NCBI GenBank assembly: GCA_965198115.1
Contig: OZ240241.1
Coordinates: 7,328,001-7,392,000 of the forward strand
Length of the DNA stretch: 64,000 nucleotides
Direction of reading: 5' to 3'
Source of the DNA: Candidatus Latescibacterota bacterium
GTDB taxonomy: Bacteria; Latescibacterota; UBA2968
A model generated the notes under the pieces. That model was not told the DNA's origin. It saw nothing but the letters and a program-made list of their open reading frames with translations, and did no database searches. Position 1 is the stretch's first letter. Each line of letters opens with the position of its first letter. Positions 1 through 9,626 of this stretch are shown piece by piece. Position numbers and translations under genes: made by a program.

Positions 1-763
1 CTTTAAACCATATGTCGTCGGCAGTGGGAGCGAGTTCCCTCATCGCTGTTTCATCGTGGACTTCGCGGGACAAGGATAGTGGTGGGTACAGCACGCCGTC
101 CCTTCCTGTTGGGAACAACGATAGACTAGGTCCCCGTCCGGTATGTTCTGGCCATTCTGTGTAGGGCAGAAGATTGCCGTCCGGATCACACGACATTGTC
201 CACCCACGATAGCACACAATGCACGACGGGTACCCAAGGTGGGTAAGGTATAGCTTCTCTAGCCAACTTCTCGGATAGACAACGTCATCATCCGCTGTAA
301 CGATGACTTCCTTCGGATATTCTCGCAGAGCAGGAAGTAGCTTGGTATGTGGGCCTACATCTTGCGTCCACTTAACACTTAGACCTCTCTTCGACAGCCT
401 CATTAGATTTGCCATTCTGTCAGATGTTGGCTTTAGGATAGGATCCGACTCCGATAACCATAAGATGAGAACATCTGGTTTTAGAGATTGACGGAGCAAT
501 GACTCCAAAGCTACGTGTGCCCGACCCACACGGTCTGAAGTGGTTGTAAGACTGACTACAAGCAGCCTCCTGTCCTGGCTCGTAGTGTCGACTCCGACCG
601 TACTGCACCAACGTCCGGCGACCGGGAGGATGAGCCCTTGCGCTAGCCCCACAGCCAGTCTTCGGCACTTCTTGACGGCCCGAAGTGCAGTCTCGGAAGT
701 ACTCGCCCCCCGTTTCCTCAGTGTTCTTTTCGCTCTCAAGGCTCTCTGAGGACCTATCGCCAT
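1..763 (-). CDS. GT-A fold (GT2-like) glycosyltransferase; 3' end runs off the window
   Basis: Manually translated; not in the ORF track because it has no stop in the window. Reads MAIGPQ...LVVSLTTTSDRVGRAHVALESLLRQSLKPDVLILWLS...QDVGPHTKLLPALREYPKEVIVTADDDVVYPRSWLEKLY...FPTGRDGVLYPP...APTADDIWFK, with a DxD motif (ADDD). Start codon uncertain. Confidence 0.8.
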   Translation of the reverse strand, partial: MAIGPQRALRAKRTLRKRGASTSETALRAVKKCRRLAVGLAQGLILPVAGRWCSTVGVDTTSQDRRLLVVSLTTTSDRVGRAHVALESLLRQSLKPDVLILWLSESDPILKPTSDRMANLMRLSKRGLSVKWTQDVGPHTKLLPALREYPKEVIVTADDDVVYPRSWLEKLYLTHLGYPSCIVCYRGWTMSCDPDGNLLPYTEWPEHTGRGPSLSLFPTGRDGVLYPPLSLSREVHDETAMRELAPTADDIWFK

Positions 764-811
764 AGCGACATAGCATCGTTGCAAGCCCTTCGCCTGCAAC
801 GACTTATCGCT

Positions 812-1176
812 CGCGGATTGTATGTGGCAGCGGCCTGTTTCCGACGCGGATTGTATGCTGCGGCATACTTCTCCCGTCAGACGCCGGGCGGCGCTGCGGC
901 ATACTTCTTCCGTCAGACTGCATCACCGGCGCACAGGCCTCTGTCGGTGCCCAGTCCGCCAGGACGCACTGCCTGACGCGGATTCTATGTGTCGCAGCAG
1001 GTAGCCTGACGCGGATTGTATGGCGCAGCGGCGTCAGCCTGACGCGGATTGTATCCGTGCGCATAGATTGCGCGTGTCTCGGCGAGCGGCGGCAGGGGTG
1101 ACATGAGAGTACAAAAAATATCCGTCAGATTTTTCCTGTGAGCCTCCGGGTACAAAAAATATCCGTCAGATTTTTC
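812..1176. repeat. Iteron-like repeat array (CTGACG-N6-G/CTATG type) plus a duplicated 27-mer
   Basis: CGCGGATT(G/C)TAT occurs at 812, 845, 977, 1010 and 1043, all offsets multiples of 33. Inverted variants lie at 864-880 and 900-916. GTACAAAAAATATCCGTCAGATTTTTC is identical at 1109-1135 and 1150-1176. Confidence 0.85.
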
Positions 1177-1488
1177 TCTCCCGCCGTGAAACAGGTTGAC
1201 GGCACGATGGTTATTCTCGGACTACGTAGGCACTGGAAACGGCTTCTGGACCGCACTGTCGGGTTGCCGTTTTTTTGTTGGTAATACGGCTTGATGTGTG
1301 CTATTGGGTCAGATTAACCCCTTGAAGCCGAATAAGACGATCTGGGGCCTTCAATTCACAAGAACCATAGATTTCCCTTGTTTGTACCGGATCGTGGCTT
1401 AAAACAGCTGTACGGCTGTCTGGAGGGGTACAAGCGAAAACCCCCCAAGAAAGGTTACCTGAGGGCCTCACTTCAAGTACCGATTGGA

Positions 1489-3091
1489 TTATGACTTCGG
1501 ATTCAACGGATTTTCCCACGAAGGCGGCAAAGGAAGTGGTCTGCGGATTTTCGGTTTACGTCTTTGTGTACGGGGCAGACCCACAGGGTCCTGTGACTGT
1601 TCTCCGTCGGGAGACAAGTTCACCAGTGAGGGTGCCCTGTCCTGGACTGTTACGTTATCCACTGCCATGTAGGGCCTTGCGCCCGTCGTATTCTCCGGGT
1701 CCGTAATGACCGTTACGTCGAATGTCTTCCGGCTCGCGCAGACCTTTAATCGCGACATCGAATGCCGCATCAGGGTGCTGCTGTCGTTGTCGAAGAAATC
1801 CACGATTCGCGCCGACTTGTGCTTGCCTGTACCGGACGCACGAAGTACCCGGCCGATCCGCTGAATCATCATCTTGTCTGACTTCATCCCGCCTGCAACA
1901 ATCAGAGTGTCCAGTGATGGAATGTCCACACCTTCGCCCAGGATGGTTCCCACGATGCACAGGAGCTTCTTCTTCTCGAACGCCTTGATCGTGGCTGTGC
2001 GCTCCTGTGCCGTAGACTTCCCATGAAGGAACACGCAACCGGGAATCATATTGCTGAGTACGGACCCATGCTGCTCGATCTGCCCGCCTTCATGTCCTCT
2101 GCCGCTATTTTGGCGATCATGGCGTTGCGCCGTGCGTTTCCGAGCAGGTCCTGTTCGTACTTCTTGTGCCACGGCCGCCGGTTCCTGATTGAAGTGGTGC
2201 GGATGAACACTTCGTGGAATTCCACTGCGGGACGCGACACAGGATGCCTCGCTCGACGAGCTCGTCGGTACCCACATTGGAGATCACGCGGCCCGTTGCC
2301 GCTTCGAGGAGTCTTCTTCCAGCCTCGCCCTCTTCTCCGGGTGTAGCGGTAAATCCTATCCGGTACCAGGCGTCGGACATCTGTACCAGCCGGTACCACG
2401 TATTGCCGTTCGCGTTCGGGGACTTCGCTACGTGGTGACACTCGTCCACGATGATGCAGCCTGCGTCAGAAAGCAGGTCTTGCACTTCGGATGTATCTTT
2501 TCTTTTCCAGAGTATTTGGGCCGTGCATACGACGAGCGGCTTGTGCGGCTCCCACTTTCCGCCCCCGCACCGGCCGATGTGCTCGGCGGATATGATCTCC
2601 GCCAGGTCTCTGGCCGTCTGTACGAGCAGCGTCCGGTTCGGCACAAAGTAGATCGTGCGCCTGCATATCTTCTGGATGGTTACGGCAGCAGTGGCCGTCT
2701 TGCCCGATCCTGTGGCATGGTTGACAATACCCCTTCCCTCCGACAGTGCGGCCTCCGATGCTTCGATCTGATAGTCTCGCAGGTGCATGGTAGTCTTGCC
2801 GAACTGGTAGGAAGAGTGTACGTCCTTCCGCATATCCATGACACGCGAACTGAATCCAGCCTTGTCCAGTGCGGCCACGATGCCGGGCGTCCACCCGGAC
2901 GGAAAGGCTCCGGTGCGCCGAGACAGGTAGCAGGCATGCTTGGGATTGGCGACGGACTTCCTTCTTCGCCGGTCGTAGTAGAAGTCCGTCCACTTGATCG
3001 TGCATACGCGCCTGATGACCCTCAGGGCCATCGCACTGTCCGTGGCGACGATCGAGTACGAGTTGTAGAGTGCGATCCTTACGTCAGGTAT
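1489..3091 (-). CDS. SF2 DNA helicase (UvsW/XPB-Rad25-like), split by two frameshifts (~2230, ~2080)
   Basis: Q-motif LRDYQ, Walker A ATGSGKT, DECHH and motif III GFTAT are in ORF 2117..3031. The linker is in the 2046..2441 frame. Motifs V (GEGVDIPSLD) and VI (QRIGRVLR) are in ORF 1489..2277. The frame stays open upstream of ATG 3031 (IPDVRIALYNSYSIV). Confidence 0.85.
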
Positions 3092-3857
3092 GTCAGAAAT
3101 TCTCCCGTATACAAGGTAGAAAGTGTCGTAAAGTGTGTCATATAGGTAATGACTTACAGAGGATCATGGCATAGCCAGTTCGTTCTTGTCATGGGACCTG
3201 TGTGAACCAGAGAGCGCGTCTCCTGCGTCGAAAACACTTCATGAAGAAAATATACGCATCTCCGTAAAGATCGTGGCCCAGGAGGCCCGACAGGGCGCAC
3301 AGGGTATGGAAACGCCCGGACTCTTGTCCTTCGATCTGGAAACGGAGCGTCCCTTTGGTGGTTTTTCCTTGCCTTTCACAGGCTAAAAACAGGTCCCTGA
3401 GTAAAAAAATCCTTTTTTGTAAGAATAGCCCTGATTGGACTTGCGTCCGGTTTTTCTTTCGAAAAAGAAGAAATATGAAAATAATTCGGACCACCGTCCG
3501 TTTCAGGCGTATTCTAATCAAAAACGAAAAAAAAGAAGGGGGGGACGATTCCCAGCGTACCATACGTCAAATACGTTACAGATCAAAAGCGGTACGACAT
3601 GAAAAGCCGTACGACGTTCAAGGGAAAAACCAAAGACCCCTTGAACTACAATTTTCTACGAAAATTGTATCCCGTCATGCGCGCGCGAGGATTTTTTCGA
3701 AACGCCGGTACGTTCACCTCAAATATCCTGACTGGCTGTCCACCGGAAGGATGCCGATGCCGTTTGATCGTGTTCTGGACCATACGGGAGCCACAGGGAG
3801 CCTTTCGGGCTTCTGGGTGAGTAGATTGCCGTTTCGATGCTTCAATGGCCTTAAAAA

Positions 3858-4839
3858 GGCTCTATCCGGGTTTCTCAACGGTGAAACTATAGAATGACAA
3901 GGTCATAGATCGTTCCCTACGCTTGGTTGTGTGTGTAGGACAATCAAAGCGAAGGGGGTGCGACCTATGACCGGGAGCAGATTACTATCGAAACTGCTGA
4001 GATTCAAGGGGTTCCGTGTTGTCAGCTGGTGGTTTGAGGGGAGAAGCTGTTTCGTCATCGCCGTAAAGCCACATAAGAATGGTTGTTGTTGTCTGGAGTG
4101 CGGCCGTCGAGGTAAAATCGTCCGCACAATGCCCCATCCGCGTCGGTGGCGTGACATTCCGGTGTGCGGGTGGAGGGTCTGGCTTCTCTACCATCCTCGG
4201 GAGATTCGGTGTCCTACCCACGGTCGTGTGGTCGAGGAGATTCCGTGGGCGGAGCGGTTCTCTCGGGTGACGTATCGCTTCGAGTATGCCATGCTGCGCT
4301 ACTGCCAGACCATGACGCAGAAGGCGGCGTCCGAGTTACTGCGCATCTCTGCCTCGACGCTGTCGGATCTCCTTCACCGATCCATCACGCGGCTTCGTGA
4401 AGGTCATCGTATCCGAGGGCTCAAAACCATCGGGATCGACGAGATCTCCTACGCCAAGCGTCACAGGTACGCCACGCTCGTTTACGATCTGGACCGCTCC
4501 TGCGTGGTGTGGGTTGGCCGCGGCAGGGCGCGTAAAACGATCGATCGGTTCTTCACAGAGGCTCTCAGTCCCTACCAGAGATCCAAGATCGAGTGGGCCT
4601 GCTGCGACATGAGCGAAGCTTACATCGGAGCCATCCAGGAACACTGTCCGAATGCCAAGCTGGTCCTCGATCGCTTTCACATCGTCAAGGCTCTCAATGC
4701 CGCCGTTGACGAGGTCCGTAAGGACCAGTGGCGTAAAGCTGCCCCGGATGAGCGCAAAGCCATGAAGGGCCTCCGATGGCTCCTCTACCGGCACTCAGCG
4801 ACACGCTCCAGAGGGGATACTCGGACACTCAAAGCACTT
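3858..4839 (+). mobile_element. ISL3-family IS, 3'-truncated (transposase from ~3968)
   Basis: GGCTCT terminus at 3858. Zinc finger (CLECG...CPTHG), HTH, and DDE motifs IGIDEISY, CCDMSEAY and LDRFHIVK. The frame breaks off after GLRWLL...TLKAL. Confidence 0.9.
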
Positions 4840-5140
4840 CCTGGAGCGCACCCTTTCGAGCACGAACGTCATCGAAAACCTGATCGGACAGTTGCGCCAA
4901 CTCTCAGGCCGCGTCAAGCGATGGAAGAGCGGCCGCATGATCCTGCGCTGGAGCGCCGCCGGTGCCTTGGAAGCCGAACGGGGCTTCCGGCGACTCAAGG
5001 GCTACCGCCAGATGACCAAGCTTGTGGTCGCCCTTCAGACGCACGATGCCGCCCTCGACGGGAACGTTGAAGGACGCCCTGCAGCCGCCTGAAACCATCA
5101 CATGCCGCTGCCCAATTTCAACAGCGAAAAAGACATTGCC
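4838..5140 (+). mobile_element. IS256-family transposase C-terminal fragment with right end
   Basis: LSSTNVIENLIGQLRQLSGRVKRWKSGRMILRWSAAGALEAERGFRRLKGY (stop 5092), followed by the terminal-repeat-like AATTTCAACAGCGAAAAAGACATTGCC. Confidence 0.85.
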
Positions 5141-5422
5141 CATCTCTCCAGGAGCAGATTGGGAATCTTGAGCGCCAGATCGCCGGCGAAGCGAAGCGCC
5201 CCCGCCGGCAGTTTTCCACAGCCTCCCGGGAGCGTAACCGTGGGCACAGTGGCCGAAACGGAATTTGCCTCACTGAGCAATGTGAATCACGTGACGCTTG
5301 ACGTGTCAATGTCCCCTGATTGCCCGAAACCTACTTCGGAAGTGGATGTTCTTGGGAATCCATACTAACCAGCTTTACACTTGAGACTGTCGTCGAACCT
5401 GAAATCGTAGGAGGGAACACCG

Positions 5423-5848
5423 ATGCAACTGACCGACGAGCATTACGCGGCAGCGGTGATTATCCACGAGTGTGAGCTCGCAGGAACCCCGGTCAAGGAG
5501 ATGGCGAGCAGGATTGGGGTGTCCCGCCAAACATTATACAACTGGTTTCGCGATCCTCAATTTGTTGCTCTTCACAAAGGTCAGCAGAAGAATTGGGAAC
5601 GCAGGATCAGTCACATCACACTCACCTACAGACGCGCCCGGCTCGAAAAGCTGGATGCGATGGCCCGCGACCCGAAGGAGTCCAGTTCGATAGTTCTCCG
5701 GGCCCTGAAGCAGATCGCCGACGAGACAGCTGCCGACACCGCAGGGATGCTCGAAGACCTGATGGAGCAGATCGCGGACCTTGAGCGCAGGGTGAGGAAT
5801 CCCACCAAGAGGGGGCGGGTAGGTGAGATTCAGGACCTGTCAGAGTAG
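5423..5848 (+). CDS. HTH protein resembling a phage terminase small subunit
   Basis: SD GGAGG upstream. HTH (VKEMASRIGVSRQTLYNWFRDPQF) followed by a helical region (RRARLEKLDAMA...ALKQIADE) like that of TerS/DUF2280-like phage proteins. Confidence 0.6.
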   Translation: MQLTDEHYAAAVIIHECELAGTPVKEMASRIGVSRQTLYNWFRDPQFVALHKGQQKNWERRISHITLTYRRARLEKLDAMARDPKESSSIVLRALKQIADETAADTAGMLEDLMEQIADLERRVRNPTKRGRVGEIQDLSE

Positions 5849-6541
5849 CGGAAGACTTCGACCGTCCTATCGCGAACGTCATCCACCGTCGCATACCGAT
5901 CCTGCCGCAGCTTGAGCTTGGGCGGCACACAGCCCCTTTGCTGGACAGGATTGTCACATACCAGAATCCATCGTGGCCATCCCAGATGTGGATGTCGTAG
6001 GATCTGCCGTTGTGCCGGAACGGTGCTGGTAGTGGCAAAGAGAAACCCTTTTCTCGTGTGATGAGAGAGGGGTTCGTTATTGTAGACACTTTGGATGTAG
6101 CTGCCAGGGCCGGCCTGGGGCGGCGTTGGAGCACCGATAACCGTCGTGGTCAGTCAGTACCTGGACCGACCCACGGCTCTCAGCAAGGCGTTATCGGGAC
6201 GCTCCTGGCCCGTTGATTGATGGAGCGGATAAGACAGTACTCGTGAATCGGGAATTTTGTGACCGATAATCATTAGGCGTGTATCGGGAGTCGGGGTGGA
6301 TGTGTCTGGGGTGGGATTCCTGGTACACGACATTGAACTGAGCCGCGGTCTATGGGTATTGGATAAGGTGATTCTGGGCTGGTTGAGTCGAGAAAGAGGG
6401 GTATTGCCGTATCCCGGAGCGCAGAACGGGGCTTACTAGCCTGTCGAGAAGGACTGTGTCGTTAGTGGGAGCCAAGGGTCTGGACGCACCTGTGGTGTTG
6501 AGAGGTGGGAGATCGGGATGTCGGAGGCTTTTTGAATGGTT

Positions 6542-7125
6542 CTACGCTGCCGCGGCCGTTCTGGGCACTTCTGGCGGTCGTTGCGGCGGGAGGCCCTCGA
6601 TAAGCATCATGGGCCCACAGTTGCTGCAGACACGGACATCGACCCCGGCGACGCGCAGAAGCAGGTCCTGCCAGGACGTCTCTGTCTGGGAAGTGCTGGA
6701 AGTCCAGATGGTCAGCAGCAGCGCTCTACATTGGCGCAGCTTTCTGCCGCTGCGGTTGCTGAGAATACCGTAGTGCCGGATCTTGACGAACCCGTCGGGC
6801 AGAACGTGGAGCAGGAAACGTCTCATGAACTCAAGGACGTCCAGGCTCATCGTGGCGTGGCGATTGGTCTCTTGAGATGCTCGGTACCGGAACCGAACGT
6901 GTGTGTCGTCGTGGGCAATTAGGCGATGGTTCGAGATGGCAATGCGGTGGGTGTATCGACTCAGATAGGCCACGACGTGTTCGGCATTGTGGAACGGAGG
7001 CTTGCAGTAGACGATCCATTCTTTCCGGTAGAGGTCGTCCAGGAGCCGGGCATCGAATGAATGCTAGCCTCCTGCTACGAAGCAGATGCCGGAGTTTGTC
7101 GAGGAACTTGCCGCGAAAGAGCACA
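6542..7125 (-). mobile_element. IS91-family (Y2) transposase C-terminal fragment, frameshifted
   Basis: FRGKFLDKL in one frame, then YLSRYTHRIAISNHRL (YxxRY)...EFMRRFLLHVLPDGFVKIRHYGILSN...CSNCG. Confidence 0.88.
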
Positions 7126-7169
7126 ACGAACAGAATGCTCGGCAGAGAGCATGAATACCACGGAGCCCG

Positions 7170-7643
7170 ATGAGTTTCAACTGACTATGGGACTTGACCT
7201 TGAAGCCAACCAGTTCCGACTCTTTCTACACAGTGCTGCATACGCCTTGCTTCACGCACTCCGATCACAGGGACTCAAGGGCACCGCGTGGACCAAACCT
7301 CAGGTCAACACGATACAGAACCGTTTCCTCAAAATCGGCGCGAGAGTCATTGAAAGCGCACGAAGAATCCGATTCCATTTTCCAACATCGTATCCACTCA
7401 AAAACGTCTTGGTGTCAATCATCACCAGGCTCGAAACGAACACGCAGTAACAACGCCGATCTATACCGGGGACAGCTATGTACACGTCGCAAAACAACAC
7501 CTGTTCCGGACGAAAATCGTGACTCTTGCGACTCGTAGAGACCGCTTACGGGACCTTGGACATCCGAAGAAGCCGAGAACAAATCCTGTGCGTGATCACA
7601 TCACTCCAAAACAACCTAAACTCAAATTCATGCATGATTCAGG
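7170..7643 (+). mobile_element. IS1380-family transposase C-terminal fragment with right inverted repeat
   Basis: EANQFRLFLHSAAYALLHALR...TIQNRFLKIGARV...RIRFHFPTSYP (stop 7450). Terminal ATGCATGATTCAGG (reverse complement CCTGAATCATGCAT) ends at 7643. Confidence 0.82.
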
Positions 7644-7698
7644 CTAGGGGCCTGTCACGAAATTAGTAATTGACCTTGTGCTGCCAGAACAGAGCGGC

Positions 7699-7774
7699 GT
7701 CAGTTCGAGCGTAGTCGAGAACACGCCCAATAAGGAGCCGCGAATCGGGACTTCTCGACTCCGCTCGAAGTGAC
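7699..7774. repeat. Inverted pair of REP-like elements
   Basis: GTCAGTTCGAGCGTAGTCGAGAAC (7699-7722) and GACTTCTCGACTCCGCTCGAAGTGAC (7749-7774). Related copies at 17146, 19393, 42662, 55097 and 58093. Confidence 0.8.
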
Positions 7775-7847
7775 CCTGCTTCCTGTCATTCTACAGTGCG
7801 ACTTACGTGCCACCCCGCTAGACAAAAACGAAGGCTGAGAGGAGACA

Positions 7848-8900
7848 ATGATGCAATATCACGCTGCCCTGATCGGGTGCGGACGTATGGGTGCGACGAT
7901 CGACGATGAAGTCGCCGATCGCCCTAACAGTGAGAGATGGATCCCGTTCTCCCACGCAGCAGCTGCGGTCGCGTGCGAGAGAACGGATCTGATCGCGGTT
8001 TCGGACGTGTTCGAGGAAAAAGCTGAGTCGATTCGCGACAGGTATGATGTTCCCGTTTGCTATACCGACTTTCGTGAGATGATCGACAAGGAGTCGCCTG
8101 ACATTGTCTGCGTGGCGACACGCCCAGCCACACACGAAGAGATCGTCGTCCACGCTGCCGAAGTGGGCGTCAGAGGGATCTATTGTGAGAAACCGCTCTG
8201 TTGTTCGATGGCCGAAGCCGATCGGATGGTGGACGCCGTAGAACGTTACGGGGTCAAGTTCAACTATGGCACCCAACGGAGATTCGCCCCTGCGTACAAG
8301 CTGATGCGAAAACTTATCGATGACGGTGAGCTGGGGGATATCGAGGCGGTGATCGTTCAGCAGGGCGTTGGGTCGGCTCTTTGGGGGCTGACACACGGTG
8401 CAGATATGATGCAGTTCCTCGCGAGGGACTCTGACATCGAGTTCGTTCAGGGTGCGATCGCCGTCGAAGAGGGGAACTGGGACGGCAATCGACTGAACAT
8501 CGATCCCGGTATCGTGTCGGGGTTCGTCCAGTTCGAGGGTGGGGCGCGAGGATATTTTACGGCTGGAACGGGGACCGAATTCGAGGTGAGCGGATCGGAA
8601 GGCAAGCTGCGCACGTTCGACGACGGGGTGACGATTTCACTTCGGAAGGAAGTCGAAGGTGGATATCCCATGGCAACCGAGCCTTTCCCGGATTACCAGC
8701 TCGAAAGCGGAACGCCCCACGGGATTCGAGATATTGCAGAGGCTTTGGACGAGGATCGTGAGACGCAGGGCCCGATTCAGCTCGCCCGCGCGAGCCAGGA
8801 AATGCTGATGGGCTTCATCGAATCACACCGTCTGGGAGGTAAGAGGGTGTCGATTCCGATGGAAAACCGGGATCTTTACGTGGGCAGGGAAAACTGGTGA
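7848..8900 (+). CDS. Gfo/Idh/MocA family oxidoreductase
   Basis: IGCGRMG Rossmann motif, CEKP motif, SD GAGGAG. Confidence 0.92.
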   Translation: MMQYHAALIGCGRMGATIDDEVADRPNSERWIPFSHAAAAVACERTDLIAVSDVFEEKAESIRDRYDVPVCYTDFREMIDKESPDIVCVATRPATHEEIVVHAAEVGVRGIYCEKPLCCSMAEADRMVDAVERYGVKFNYGTQRRFAPAYKLMRKLIDDGELGDIEAVIVQQGVGSALWGLTHGADMMQFLARDSDIEFVQGAIAVEEGNWDGNRLNIDPGIVSGFVQFEGGARGYFTAGTGTEFEVSGSEGKLRTFDDGVTISLRKEVEGGYPMATEPFPDYQLESGTPHGIRDIAEALDEDRETQGPIQLARASQEMLMGFIESHRLGGKRVSIPMENRDLYVGRENW

Positions 8901-8939
8901 AGCAAATCGAAGCGGGAGGGAAAACAGGAGGGTCAACCG

Positions 8940-9236
8940 ATGAAACTGAACATCAAGGCGTTCACGATTGCGGCCGGCTTGATTTGGGGAGGGGCGGTGC
9001 TGACGGTCGCGCTCACGAGCTTGGTTTGGGACGGGTACGGCGTGGCGTTTCTCCAGGTGGTGGCCTCCATCTACCCTGGGTATGACGGGTCGGCCACGTT
9101 CGGAGGGGTCGTGGTCGCCACGCTTTATGCCCTGGTCGACGGCGGTTTTGCGGCACTCATCTTTGCCGCGATCTACAATCTGCTGGCTGATCGATTCGGA
9201 TCCGAATCGTCGGGCGAGGCCACAGTAAGCGCATAG
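8940..9236 (+). CDS. Small membrane protein (family often labelled bacteriophage holin)
   Basis: MKLNIKAFTIAAGLIWG...IYPGY...YALVDGG...FAAIYNLL; 2-3 hydrophobic segments; SD GGAGG. Confidence 0.7.
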   Translation: MKLNIKAFTIAAGLIWGGAVLTVALTSLVWDGYGVAFLQVVASIYPGYDGSATFGGVVVATLYALVDGGFAALIFAAIYNLLADRFGSESSGEATVSA

Positions 9237-9276
9237 TTCTCGTTGCGAAACTGTAGAGCAAGATCGAGTGCCGCGG

Positions 9277-9610
9277 TTAACCGCGCCACGCTGGTTGGGT
9301 GACGTGCAGGAGATACGCTCGCTCGGCTACTGTGATCACCGCACGCGTTCCCTTTTCGATGTAGCCCAGGTCTCCCGGACCGCGTCTGACTCGGCGCCTC
9401 GACCTCCTGAACTTGAAGGGATCCGTCCAGCACGTAAAAGACTTCGTTGTAATCGAAGGTCCATTCGAACCGGCTCGGCGCCACGTATTCTGTGAAGCCG
9501 GCCGCCAGACAGTCGTCTTTTCCCACGATGGGATCGGACACGTGTACCTTTGCGCCTACGACATCGAACGGCTTTAGATCCCTCCGGTCCGACCTCACGA
9601 TTCGAACCAT
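9277..9610 (-). CDS. EutQ-like cupin, frameshift at ~9385
   Basis: AAGFTEY...FEWTFDYNEVFYVLDGSL, continuing in another frame as GPGDLGYIEKGTRAVITV...HVTQPAWRG* (stop 9277-9279). Confidence 0.75.
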
Positions 9611-9626
9611 TCCTTCCGCCTCGTTT

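Noticed and set aside
781-806. Imperfect palindrome CAAGCCCTT-N7-AACGACTTA as a recombinase site
   Set aside because: A single imperfect copy with only a half match near 3148, and no recombinase gene nearby.
812-1176. CRISPR array interpretation of the repeats
   Set aside because: Repeats are 13-19 bp (one 27-mer pair), intervening segments are too short and partly repetitive, orientation is mixed, and no cas genes are present.
3355-3897. 180-aa Lys/Arg-rich ORF and the antisense ORF 3189..3563
   Set aside because: The composition reflects A/T tracts, there are no motifs, and the ORF overlaps the ISL3 left end.
6255-6282. dif/Xer-like site GTGACCGATAA-TCA-TTAGGCG
   Set aside because: The spacer is too short and the XerD arm is poor; cannot be supported.
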